Of a DNA stretch of 53,033 nt, positions 10,004 to 19,192 are shown in pieces. The notes under the pieces are model-generated. The model was not told where the DNA came from. It saw only the letters and a list, made by a program, of their open reading frames with translations, and ran no database searches. The translations under genes were made by a program, and so were the position numbers. Each line of letters starts with the position of its first letter. Position 1 is the stretch's first letter. The stretch is from Candidatus Fermentibacterota bacterium. Its GTDB lineage: Bacteria; JAFGKV01. The DNA is taken from positions 62,001 to 115,033 of the forward strand of contig JAFGKV010000036.1 in assembly GCA_016928395.1 (NCBI GenBank), read 5' to 3'.

Positions 10004-11212
10004 TCAACTCCTGAGTCCTTCCTCGTATGTGCGCAGTACCTCCGGCGCCGTCTGGCGCCAGTCAAAGAGCCGCAGGGCAGCCTCCCGGCCCCGGCAGCCC
10101 AGTTCCCTCCCGGCCTGAGGATTGGCCAGCAGCGATATCACAGCCCGGGAAGCGCTAGCTGCGTCATCAGCCCGCAGGTAGTGCTGTCCCTCGAGAAGGG
10201 CCAGGCCTTCCACCGCCCTGGAGGACGCCACCAGCGGCATTCCTAGAGACAACAAGGTCAACACCTTCACGCTGGTGCCGGCTCCCATTCGCAAAGGCGC
10301 CACGGCCGCGCCGACGCCCTCCGCTGCAACCGCGAGATCAGGCATATGGCCGGCATAGTGAATCCACTGGTCCACCGGGAGCCCCCGAACTCCAGCCCGG
10401 TGTCCGACTACACGCAAGGCCGAACTGGGAACAGCAAGGCGTACGCCGGGCATGATCTCCCGGGCAAGAAACAGAAGGGCGTCGCGGTTGGGAAGATAGT
10501 CGAGGGCACCCAGAAAGAGGACAGTCTTCCCCAAAGGTACCCCGGACGGCGCCGGCAGAACCTCACAGGCGATGGGCACGGTGGATACGGGAACCGCTCC
10601 AAGGCAACTGCGGAGTCTCTCCGATTCCACCTCGTGCACAGTGAGCACCCGGCCGGCACTACGGTAGGCCGCCAATTCATTGGCCTGTATGACCTGCGCG
10701 CGACGGCGCAGAATCCACCGTCGCCAAGGATGTGCCTGAGTAGCCAGTTCCCGCTGCAGTCGCAGCCAATGAAGGTCATGGCTGTCGATCCACACCGGCA
10801 CACCGGCTCTGGGCCGGATCGTCCATCGGCTGAACCAGTACTCTCCCTGAACCAAGGAAGGCAACCATTCGGCCATCACCCGATCCACCGCTCTTTGCAT
10901 CGCAGGCGACGAGTGGTAGATGCGCTCCCTGGGCAGCCCCCCCAGCGCGACGATCCGCGTGCCGGCGGCATAGGCCAGCCGGTGAAGGCGTGTGCGATGG
11001 GCGAAGGAGTCCACCGCCACGACCGGATCCAGCGCCGGAAACGCTCTTTGGAGATCGGCGACGGCCCGGCGCTCACCGGCGTCGAAACATTGCGTAACCA
11101 GCGCAACACGGTACTGCAGCGCCAGCTGGCGCATAAGCCAAAAGGTGCGGACTCGATGACCACGATCCGGTGGAAACGGCACGAACGGAGAGACTATCAG
11201 GATCCTTGTCAT
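10004..11212 (-). CDS. Glycosyltransferase family 4
   Basis: RILIVSPFVPFPPDRG, LFLGALDYLPNRDA, VAPLRMGAGTSVKVL, GMPLV. Confidence 0.88.
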   Translation of the reverse strand: MTRILIVSPFVPFPPDRGHRVRTFWLMRQLALQYRVALVTQCFDAGERRAVADLQRAFPALDPVVAVDSFAHRTRLHRLAYAAGTRIVALGGLPRERIYHSSPAMQRAVDRVMAEWLPSLVQGEYWFSRWTIRPRAGVPVWIDSHDLHWLRLQRELATQAHPWRRWILRRRAQVIQANELAAYRSAGRVLTVHEVESERLRSCLGAVPVSTVPIACEVLPAPSGVPLGKTVLFLGALDYLPNRDALLFLAREIMPGVRLAVPSSALRVVGHRAGVRGLPVDQWIHYAGHMPDLAVAAEGVGAAVAPLRMGAGTSVKVLTLLSLGMPLVASSRAVEGLALLEGQHYLRADDAASASRAVISLLANPQAGRELGCRGREAALRLFDWRQTAPEVLRTYEEGLRS

Positions 11213-12426
11213 TTCGTCCTCAGCGCCGTGGCGTGCCCGCCGACTGAGACCGCCAGCGACAGTAGAGTCGCCGCGGCAGCACCCATGGCCCCGTACCGGG
11301 GTATCAGAATGATATTAAGCCACACATTGACGACCGTGGCCACCGAGAGTACCGCCAGATCCCGCCCTTGGCGATTCCGGGCCACCAGTGCGCGGCCCTG
11401 GGCCTGATCAACACTGGCCAGGACCATGCCAAAGGCCAGTACGACCAGGACCGAGGCCGCCCTGTCGAATCCGGCCCCATACAGAAACCGGACCGCCACC
11501 GAGGCCCCTGCGCCCGCTGCCAGACCCAGCGCGATCCCCATGGCCAGGGTATCGGCGATACCCCTCCTCAGAAGTCGTTCGCCCCCTGGCTTCATCATCC
11601 TCGGCAGCAGGATCTGCCCATAGCTCTGGGGGACAAGGAGCAGTGTCGAGAAGATGCGAAATGCGGCCACGTAGAATCCGACTTCGGCCAATGACGCCAA
11701 GGCCGACAGCAAGAGCACATCGACGCGCCAGTAGAGCTGGAACATCGCTTCAAGCCCGAGGAACACGGGCACCTGCCGCGCCAGCGCCCGAAGGGTGTGG
11801 CGATTGGCCCTGCGAAAGCCAAAACCCTGGGGAGGTATCGCCAGCACCACTGCCACTGCCCGGCCCAAACCCAGCAACCCGACAAGGGCTTCCACGGGGG
11901 CATTGCCGCGCAACAAGGCCAGGCCAGCCAGGAGTCGTGCCGCCTGCTCGACCAGCAGCGTTGCGGCCAACCTCCCCGAGCGTTGCACCCCAATCCAGTA
12001 TCCTTCCTCCGGCACCGCGAGGGCGGCGATCGGGATCGCAAGAGCCACCAGGACGAGCACGCGGCTGGTCTGCCCGACGGTCAGGCATACGGCCATTGCA
12101 CCGGCAATCAACGCCAAGAGCGTGCCGACGCCGAGGCACGCCACCGCTGCCGATCCAAGAAGCGCCCGGTCTTCAACCCGGGCCATCTCCCGGGGCAGCA
12201 GATGTCGAAACCCCAGGGAGGACGCTGCCTCCAACAGGGAGAAAACCGCAGCAGCCAAGCCGTAGAGCCCGACCTCCTCGGCGCCCCGTTGCCTGGCCAG
12301 AAGTGCCAGTAGGATTACCGTCACTGCAGGCCCGGCAGCGCGGGCTACCAGTAGTGTGACAGTATCCCGGTGGAGTGGAATGATCACGTCCGGCAGGTTC
12401 CGAGGAAAGACACGCCGCCAGATCAT
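11209..12426 (-). CDS. Wzx-type oligosaccharide flippase
   Basis: Polytopic; LARQRGAEEVGLY, RVDVLLL...EVGFYVAA, LNIILIPRYGAMGAAAAT; ATGA overlap gives start 12426. Confidence 0.88.
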   Translation of the reverse strand: MIWRRVFPRNLPDVIIPLHRDTVTLLVARAAGPAVTVILLALLARQRGAEEVGLYGLAAAVFSLLEAASSLGFRHLLPREMARVEDRALLGSAAVACLGVGTLLALIAGAMAVCLTVGQTSRVLVLVALAIPIAALAVPEEGYWIGVQRSGRLAATLLVEQAARLLAGLALLRGNAPVEALVGLLGLGRAVAVVLAIPPQGFGFRRANRHTLRALARQVPVFLGLEAMFQLYWRVDVLLLSALASLAEVGFYVAAFRIFSTLLLVPQSYGQILLPRMMKPGGERLLRRGIADTLAMGIALGLAAGAGASVAVRFLYGAGFDRAASVLVVLAFGMVLASVDQAQGRALVARNRQGRDLAVLSVATVVNVWLNIILIPRYGAMGAAAATLLSLAVSVGGHATALRTK

Positions 12427-13874
12427 AGGCGGCCATCCTCGGGTGCGCCGCCCTGCGGATAAACCGGTTCTCTCTCCGCGATCTCCTCCGATGACGCCAG
12501 GGCCACCAGCACCCAAAACAGCAGAAGAATGGCCGGCTGCCGCAGCGTCCAGTCAAGGGCATTATGCAAGACAAGGGCAACGCAGCCCACCCACATGCCT
12601 GCAGCCTGCAATCGGCGTCTCCGGGCGCAGGCATACGCATGGCAGAAGGCCAGCACCGCACCGCCTCCCCACATGGCCACGCTGGCGAAGCCGCCAGGGT
12701 ACCCTGCCTCAGCCGCGTCGAGCATCACGATGCTGTGCACGGGATGACGGAACAGCTCGAGGGCAAGAACGGGATCGAACTCGGGCACTCGGACCGCGAA
12801 CTGACTGAGCCCTACACCAGAAATCGGGTAGGCACGCAGCATAGAACGGGCGACAGACACCAGCGCGACTCTCACGTCGGCAGCACTGGTTTCGGTTCGC
12901 TGCAGCCGGTGTCTGACCGCAGGCAGGGAGAGCACCACCACCACGCCGGCGACCACACTCATGGCTATCACCCTGCGCGAAATGGCTCTGCGCCGGGAAA
13001 ACGCCCGCATGGCCAAAGCCGCGAGTACCGCAAGGCTGATCAAGGCCACTGCCCAGGCCGCTCGGGAGTACGACCACACCAGCGAGGCCACCGATGCCAC
13101 CGCAGACACAAGACCCAGGATCCGAAATGCCGCCGGCCTGCCCGCCACTGCGGTGATGACACAGACAGGAAGTAGTCCCACAACATAGCTGGCAAAGGAG
13201 TTGGGATGCCCTATCGTGCCTCCCGAGCGCCAGAGGCCTACCCCCTGGGCAATGTACTTGAAAAGCTGATCATCCCCGGCCTCACCCAGAAGCATAAGGC
13301 CCAGGGCGCCCTGCCGTATCTGCTGGGCGGCAGCCAGACCGGCCTGCACTATCACGACACCCAGGAGCACAGGAATCGCCTGACCCGCTCCGCGTAAGGA
13401 AAGACCGGCCACTACTGTCGCAGCCAGAATCGCGCGCACCGTCGCCAGCCATTGCATCCACGATTCCAGCGGGTGCGTTGACACCAGCGCTCCCGGAAGC
13501 AAGCCTACCAGGTATGCTCCTCCCAACAAGAGGAAACCCTTCAATGGTCCGCGGGGGAGGATGGGTTGGCCATGAATAGCGGCCAACGCCGCGGCCGCGA
13601 GCAGCAGGAGATCAGCGGGATAGTAGGCGAGGTTCCCCGGCGCGCCTCCGATGAAGCCGTGGCGTGGCGGAAGGAGATAATCCACCACAGGAAACGCCAC
13701 CAGAGCGACATACGTCAGAGGGAGAAAAAGAGCCCGATCGCGAGCCGTGGCAGCGAGCGCGACGATGAGAAACACCGCCCAGATGGCCATCGTGATGTGC
13801 CAGGGCGCCCCCAGCATAGCGGGGAGCATGGAGGCGATCCATGCCCCCAGGGCTACCGCCGCGACTGCCGTCAC
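12423..13874 (-). CDS. O-antigen ligase/Wzy polymerase family membrane protein
   Basis: RSGGTIGHPN, SYSRAAW, PISGVGLSQF, HPVHSIVMLDAAEAG (Wzy_C motifs). Confidence 0.85.
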   Translation of the reverse strand: MTAVAAVALGAWIASMLPAMLGAPWHITMAIWAVFLIVALAATARDRALFLPLTYVALVAFPVVDYLLPPRHGFIGGAPGNLAYYPADLLLLAAAALAAIHGQPILPRGPLKGFLLLGGAYLVGLLPGALVSTHPLESWMQWLATVRAILAATVVAGLSLRGAGQAIPVLLGVVIVQAGLAAAQQIRQGALGLMLLGEAGDDQLFKYIAQGVGLWRSGGTIGHPNSFASYVVGLLPVCVITAVAGRPAAFRILGLVSAVASVASLVWSYSRAAWAVALISLAVLAALAMRAFSRRRAISRRVIAMSVVAGVVVVLSLPAVRHRLQRTETSAADVRVALVSVARSMLRAYPISGVGLSQFAVRVPEFDPVLALELFRHPVHSIVMLDAAEAGYPGGFASVAMWGGGAVLAFCHAYACARRRRLQAAGMWVGCVALVLHNALDWTLRQPAILLLFWVLVALASSEEIAEREPVYPQGGAPEDGRL

Positions 13875-14605
13875 GCCGGGTGCTCTCGTCTCCTGCGCCG
13901 CGTCACCATGCCTACGGCAACCACAAGGGCGACCACCGCCGCCGGGCCCAGTGCCACTATTGCCAGCGACGGTCGCTCCGCAACGGCAAGGCTTGGCTCC
14001 ACTAGAACCTTTGTCGGCTTCTTCTGCGTCATGAGCTCGGCAGAGATCTCCGTCTCGACCTGAATCTCGGTGAAATGGGCCAAAGCGCGCATGGCCGTGG
14101 CTTTGGCGTCGTCGGGGGTTGACCGAGCTCGGATCAGCGACTCGGCATCCGCGGATCGCACGCGGATCATCTCGATCTGACGGTCCGCCAGGTTTCGCTC
14201 CCGCTGGAAGGCCTCATTACCTTGGGCTACCAGCAAGGAGCAGGCAAGAACGGCTCCGCGGCGGGCGTCGGCGGGATCCACTGACCGCGCCTCTACCCGT
14301 ATCAGGCCCTCTTCCAGCGGCGCGGCCCTGAACGACAGCGCTCCCGGAGGCAACCCCGCCACCATGGAGGTCAACCGGTCAGAAAAGGCGGGATCGCTCA
14401 CCATGGCGGCCAGGCCGCGGGTGGAGATTACCGGATGAGGCAGGTAATCCCTGGGATTGAAATAGCCGATCTCGACCACCCCCCGCGACACGTATGAAAA
14501 GGGCACGGCATGCCGGAGAACAGCCCATGAGCCAAGCCAGGCAATGACGAAGGAAGTAGCGACGATGGCCAGAAAGCGCGCGCTCCGGAGACTACTGTCG
14601 GGCAT
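13871..14605 (-). CDS. Short Wzz-like polysaccharide co-polymerase
   Basis: Two terminal TM helices around a periplasmic beta/coiled-coil region (LIRVEARSVDP; VLVEP before TM2); cluster context. Confidence 0.6.
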   Translation of the reverse strand: MPDSSLRSARFLAIVATSFVIAWLGSWAVLRHAVPFSYVSRGVVEIGYFNPRDYLPHPVISTRGLAAMVSDPAFSDRLTSMVAGLPPGALSFRAAPLEEGLIRVEARSVDPADARRGAVLACSLLVAQGNEAFQRERNLADRQIEMIRVRSADAESLIRARSTPDDAKATAMRALAHFTEIQVETEISAELMTQKKPTKVLVEPSLAVAERPSLAIVALGPAAVVALVVAVGMVTRRRRREHPA

Positions 14606-16337
14606 GATCCCTCGCTTGTGAAGGGTGAGCAAACAGGCCTGCAATCCAGAGATTCCTGTCCTGCCCGGTGGCGGGATCCCAGAAATCGTTGACGAACCGG
14701 GCAGAGAGCACACCGGAGGAAGAAAGCTCCAACGGCAGGCATGTCCACCCTTCGGCGTCGACTGCGTGACGCCGAATCGTTCCATTCCATGAAAGCTCCA
14801 CGATCGGCCACCGGCCTACTGCGGGTTGACCGCGCACTACCAGCAGCGCGCTCCCCTCTCCCTGCAGGCGCCACTGGACAGAGCCCTCAGCGGGCAACAT
14901 GACTCCTCTCTTCTCAGGGACCGCGGCGTCCATCGCCACGGTCTGCACCTCGCTCCAGGTCTCCAGCACGTTCTCCGCCAGCGGATCCCGACCCCTACCG
15001 TCGCTCCACACCATCAGACGAGCAGCAAGCCTCTGCCGAAATCCCTCCATATCCGAGGGAGGATCCACGTACCCGATCTCATCCACTCCTTCGACGATCG
15101 AGATGAACGCATTCCGGTCTTCCCCCGGTGCGCGCAGATCATTCACGAGGGTTACCGAGCAGGTCGACTGGACATGGCGGGGCGTCAGGATCCATTCCTC
15201 AGACCATGCGGGCGTCTCTTCCGCCACCACGCCGTCGTCCAGCCGGTACACTGGCCACACACCCCGGGCGGGTTGCCCCCTCGTCAGAAGCCACGCTCCT
15301 GGCGCCAGGGGCTGGGGCAGCCGTCCCACCGCAAGGCCGTTGCGGGGTTCCTCCCACGCCTGTCTGGCCTTCCAGACGACATACCGTGACCAGCCTCTCT
15401 GGCGCCATGGTCGCAGCGAGGCCAGAGTGCAGGCCTGGGCATCCAGACCCGCATCCAATAGAAGCCGGGCCGCGTACTCCGCCGCCAATGAGTCGCGGCT
15501 CATGACCGCTGCCGTGGGCCACGACACTTCGTGAAGAGGCGGCCGCCCAGTGTGGAGGCTCGCGGCAAGTTCCCGCCAGGGAAGGCTGGCATCATTCCAG
15601 GCCGCCAGTGAATCCAAGGCTGCGGGCCGCCGATAGACGGCTTCGGCCAGTAGCGCCCTTGCGTCAGTCCCTGCAACGGCCGATGCCGCGATTCGAAGCG
15701 CCAGACTGGCCGGCGTGGTTCCCGTACGCCTCTCAAGACTCGCCAGATCTTCCAGGGCCTCAGATGCGCCTCGGGAGTCACCACCCAACACCGCCGCATA
15801 GGATGTCCGGATAATTGCCTGCGGGTTCCGCGCATTCAACACGGCGGCCCAGGCGTACCGTCGGAGAGTGCCGCTATCCCATCGGCCCAGCGCGTCGCCG
15901 CTGCTCAAGATGGAAGAGGCTGCGTACGCGAGCATCCCGCAGACGGCGGCCCCTCCCAGGATGCGGGGCCGAAGATCCAGATTCGGGCGCACCAGAAGAG
16001 CCAAGGTCGCGAAAACGGCGGCCGGTTCCAGCCGCCCATCCACGAGATACCATCCTCCTCCCCCCAACAGCGCCACGATCCCCCATCCTTTGGCCGAGAC
16101 CGCCATGGCTGCGATGGCCAGGGCTCGCGGTATGACAAGCGAGGGGCAGTTCGGTACCCCCGCGATGATGCCCCCGCACAACACTATCAGTGCAAAACGG
16201 CCAACGCCCCCGCTCATTCGAAATGCCCACGCCAAGACCACCAGCATCCCGACACTCGCCACTGCGCGTTCGCCAGGAGTGGGAAGCAACCATAGGAGAG
16301 CGGCGGTGCCGCTGACGAGGAGGGCAACCGCCTTCAT
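14592..16337 (-). CDS. Membrane protein with two C-terminal CBM60-like carbohydrate-binding modules
   Basis: About 5 N-terminal TM helices; repeated RGQPAxGxWP...(L/F)VND...DRN(A/L)(F/W)I modules. Confidence 0.65.
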   Translation of the reverse strand: MKAVALLVSGTAALLWLLPTPGERAVASVGMLVVLAWAFRMSGGVGRFALIVLCGGIIAGVPNCPSLVIPRALAIAAMAVSAKGWGIVALLGGGGWYLVDGRLEPAAVFATLALLVRPNLDLRPRILGGAAVCGMLAYAASSILSSGDALGRWDSGTLRRYAWAAVLNARNPQAIIRTSYAAVLGGDSRGASEALEDLASLERRTGTTPASLALRIAASAVAGTDARALLAEAVYRRPAALDSLAAWNDASLPWRELAASLHTGRPPLHEVSWPTAAVMSRDSLAAEYAARLLLDAGLDAQACTLASLRPWRQRGWSRYVVWKARQAWEEPRNGLAVGRLPQPLAPGAWLLTRGQPARGVWPVYRLDDGVVAEETPAWSEEWILTPRHVQSTCSVTLVNDLRAPGEDRNAFISIVEGVDEIGYVDPPSDMEGFRQRLAARLMVWSDGRGRDPLAENVLETWSEVQTVAMDAAVPEKRGVMLPAEGSVQWRLQGEGSALLVVRGQPAVGRWPIVELSWNGTIRRHAVDAEGWTCLPLELSSSGVLSARFVNDFWDPATGQDRNLWIAGLFAHPSQARDHARQ

Positions 16338-19180
16338 CCGTCCAGGCGACCCTTGAGCAGTTCCAGTTCATGCCGCGCGTCGGCCTGCCATCCCGGACCC
16401 GCGCGAGGATCGTCCGCCACCAGCTTGAGATGATGCCAGGCCTCCTTGAGACGGCCGGTCTTGGCCAAGACTCTGCCTAACAACACCCGCGACCCATGGT
16501 CTCCCGGCGACCTCTCCAACGCCATCGTCGCCCATCGGCCCGCCTCGCCCAGCCTTTCTTCCGATTCTGCCCAAGAAGCCAACTCCCACGCAGGCCAGGC
16601 CGTTTCAGGGTGACCATTCACGAGCCCTATGAGAAGACGACGGGCCTCAGTCCCCTTCCCCACCATACGAAACGCTTGGGAACGTGCTATCCCGCATGCC
16701 ACCACGTCAGCGCCCAAGGATCGCGCTCTATCCAGATCTGCCAACGCCTCTGCGGCCCGCCCGGCATCCAGCAGTGTCTTCGCGCGAAGGAGCCACATCG
16801 CCGGATCCTCGGGTCGCCGTGCCAGGAGCCTGCCCGCTTCGACCAATGCTTCGGCGCTGCGGTTGCTCTGCGAAAGAATTCCCACCAGCTCCCATCGAGC
16901 CGCATCGGACCCTCCACTCTGGACCACGGCCCGTGACGCCAGAGCCACGGCCCTGGGCATGTCTCCCTCGGCCACGGCAACTTTGCTCCATAGCATGGTC
17001 TGCAGCCAGGGCTCCACGCTGGTATCGCGGGCCTCAAGCCTCACCTTTGCAGCCCCCACCAGACCACTGGCCAACATGCGCTCGATTTCCTCCTTGATGA
17101 TATCCTGCGCGGACCGAACGCCCTGGTCGCGCTGACTCCATCGGCGCGCCTTCTCCCGGCTGAAGCGGGCAACCAGCTGGGGATCCTCCGATGTCCGAAT
17201 TATGTAGGAGATGAGGCTATCCACCTTTGCAGACCGGCGCCGCAGGGAGAAGAAGTCAAGGGCACCATAGGCTTGGATGGCTTCCGCCTCGGCCCAGTGG
17301 ATCCCGGCCAGGGTCTCCTTGGATCGCGGACCCCTCCGCGTATGTCCCTGTATCATTGCCAGCAAAGCCCGAGCTCTCCCACCGCCACCGGGCACAACGC
17401 CCGTGGGATCGAGACGAATCGCTTCGACAAGAAGACTCTCCGCCGTGTCGGGCTGCCACCGGGCGATGTAGGGGCGGGCCTGCTCCACCAGGGCGGGCGT
17501 AAGGTAGGCGCAGCGGCCGTGAAACACTGTCGGCTCAGCAGTGCCGGTAGGACCTGGGCTCAGCACCACGGGATCCCACAGCGCGGCCAATATGGCTTTC
17601 ACGGTGCCGGACGCAAGGCGTGATTCACCCATACCACGGCTGGCCCGTTCCGCCGTGCTGGCAACGATGAGCGAGCTTAGCCACACCGCGCCGAAGGGCA
17701 GCGCCAGTATGGCCGGCCACAGCCCTCTTCTCGGCATGAGACCCTGTGCCATCCATACCCCCAGCATGACACCGCCTGCCAGCATCAGAGTCTCGGACAA
17801 AAGCGTCAAATCAGCTCCATTGTTGAGCCAGAGATACAATAGGCCGAAACCGGCAGGATGAGGATTTTGCTCTCGGGCCAGCCTCAGGCACCACCACAGC
17901 GCCAGCACAGCCATCAGAAGAGCAGGGACAACCCCGCTTTGCTCTCCAATGTGTAGCAGGAGATGATGGGAGTGCTGCATCTGCACGCCGGGGATCGCAG
18001 AAAGCTCCGGCGGAGAAGAAACCAGATCCAGAGCCTGGGGATGCACGGGTCCCAACCCGCCTCCCCATGGAAAATGCGCCATGTAACGCAGCGCAGCCCT
18101 CCAGTGAAACTGCCGGGCCAGACAGGAAACCAGTAGGCGGTGGGGAAGCGCTGGCAAAGACACCATCACCGCCAGCGGGGTCACTATCGGAATCACGCCA
18201 AGGCCCAGTATGGCCCCCGATCGGACGCCGCGAGGCGCCACCGATGCCCCCACCACCAGAGCAAGGCACGCCAGGGCCCACACGCTCTGCGCGGCGGCCA
18301 CCACCACCAACCCCGCCATGAGCACGATCCACGCTGTGATCCGATGTCTCGGCCGCAGCGAGAGATATATCAGCAGGACACCAATCGCGGTCTGGGCCGC
18401 CAGCGGGTTGCGGTTCACACCCCATCCGACGACCGAGAGGGTTTCGTCGGTCGACACCGACGCGAGCCATCCCAGTAGCATGGGAGCCGCCAATGTCAAC
18501 CCGAGCCAGCGCAGCCAGCTTTGGCTGCCCGAGAGGCTCCGCCCGCTCTGGAATCCCGCATACGCCAGGACCAAAGAGGCAACGGCCAGCGCGGCGTCGA
18601 GACGGCAAGGTGCCCTGGCCAGCTCGAAGCATATCCAACCGGTGAATACAATGCACGCCCAGCGCAACCCACCGCTCGACCCGTCCACCAGGAGAAGGCA
18701 TGCCACGGGAAAGGTCGCCCACACGTATCCAGCGGGCTGGGACGGGATTCCCACGATGAGCAGTGCCGCCAGAAGCCGTATACTCCGGGATGATCGGTGA
18801 GCACAACTCACCACCAGGCCTAAAAGAATGATGTCCGTGAGTCTCGCCCACAGCGGAGACAGCATGGACGGGTGCTGGTTCCACAAGGCCGTAGACACAA
18901 CGCGGGTGTGGAAGGCTACCGCCGCGGCCAATGCCATCATGGGAATCCCGTCTGCCTCAGGGACCCGGCGGCGTAGGAAGAGCGTAGCCGCTACGGCGAC
19001 ACCCACAAACTGCGCGCCTGCCGGCGCCGAGGAGAACCCTGCGGCCAACGCGGACCCCGCCAGAAAGCAGGCCAGGGCTTCCACGGCCACGCCCTGCCGC
19101 AACCGCCGTGACCTCGTGTGGATGTCAGACGTCATGGAGTGCTCCGAAACTGCCGTGGGCGCCAGCCTCAACCGGGCCAC
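16334..19180 (-). CDS. O-antigen ligase-like (Wzy_C) membrane protein fused to C-terminal TPR repeats
   Basis: Many TM helices; NRNPLA, RQFHWRAA...PWGGGLG, HSHHLLLHIGEQSG; TPR C-terminus; start could be ATG 19135. Confidence 0.75.
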   Translation of the reverse strand: MARLRLAPTAVSEHSMTSDIHTRSRRLRQGVAVEALACFLAGSALAAGFSSAPAGAQFVGVAVAATLFLRRRVPEADGIPMMALAAAVAFHTRVVSTALWNQHPSMLSPLWARLTDIILLGLVVSCAHRSSRSIRLLAALLIVGIPSQPAGYVWATFPVACLLLVDGSSGGLRWACIVFTGWICFELARAPCRLDAALAVASLVLAYAGFQSGRSLSGSQSWLRWLGLTLAAPMLLGWLASVSTDETLSVVGWGVNRNPLAAQTAIGVLLIYLSLRPRHRITAWIVLMAGLVVVAAAQSVWALACLALVVGASVAPRGVRSGAILGLGVIPIVTPLAVMVSLPALPHRLLVSCLARQFHWRAALRYMAHFPWGGGLGPVHPQALDLVSSPPELSAIPGVQMQHSHHLLLHIGEQSGVVPALLMAVLALWWCLRLAREQNPHPAGFGLLYLWLNNGADLTLLSETLMLAGGVMLGVWMAQGLMPRRGLWPAILALPFGAVWLSSLIVASTAERASRGMGESRLASGTVKAILAALWDPVVLSPGPTGTAEPTVFHGRCAYLTPALVEQARPYIARWQPDTAESLLVEAIRLDPTGVVPGGGGRARALLAMIQGHTRRGPRSKETLAGIHWAEAEAIQAYGALDFFSLRRRSAKVDSLISYIIRTSEDPQLVARFSREKARRWSQRDQGVRSAQDIIKEEIERMLASGLVGAAKVRLEARDTSVEPWLQTMLWSKVAVAEGDMPRAVALASRAVVQSGGSDAARWELVGILSQSNRSAEALVEAGRLLARRPEDPAMWLLRAKTLLDAGRAAEALADLDRARSLGADVVACGIARSQAFRMVGKGTEARRLLIGLVNGHPETAWPAWELASWAESEERLGEAGRWATMALERSPGDHGSRVLLGRVLAKTGRLKEAWHHLKLVADDPRAGPGWQADARHELELLKGRLDG

Positions 19181-19192
19181 CGGCGGCGGGAA

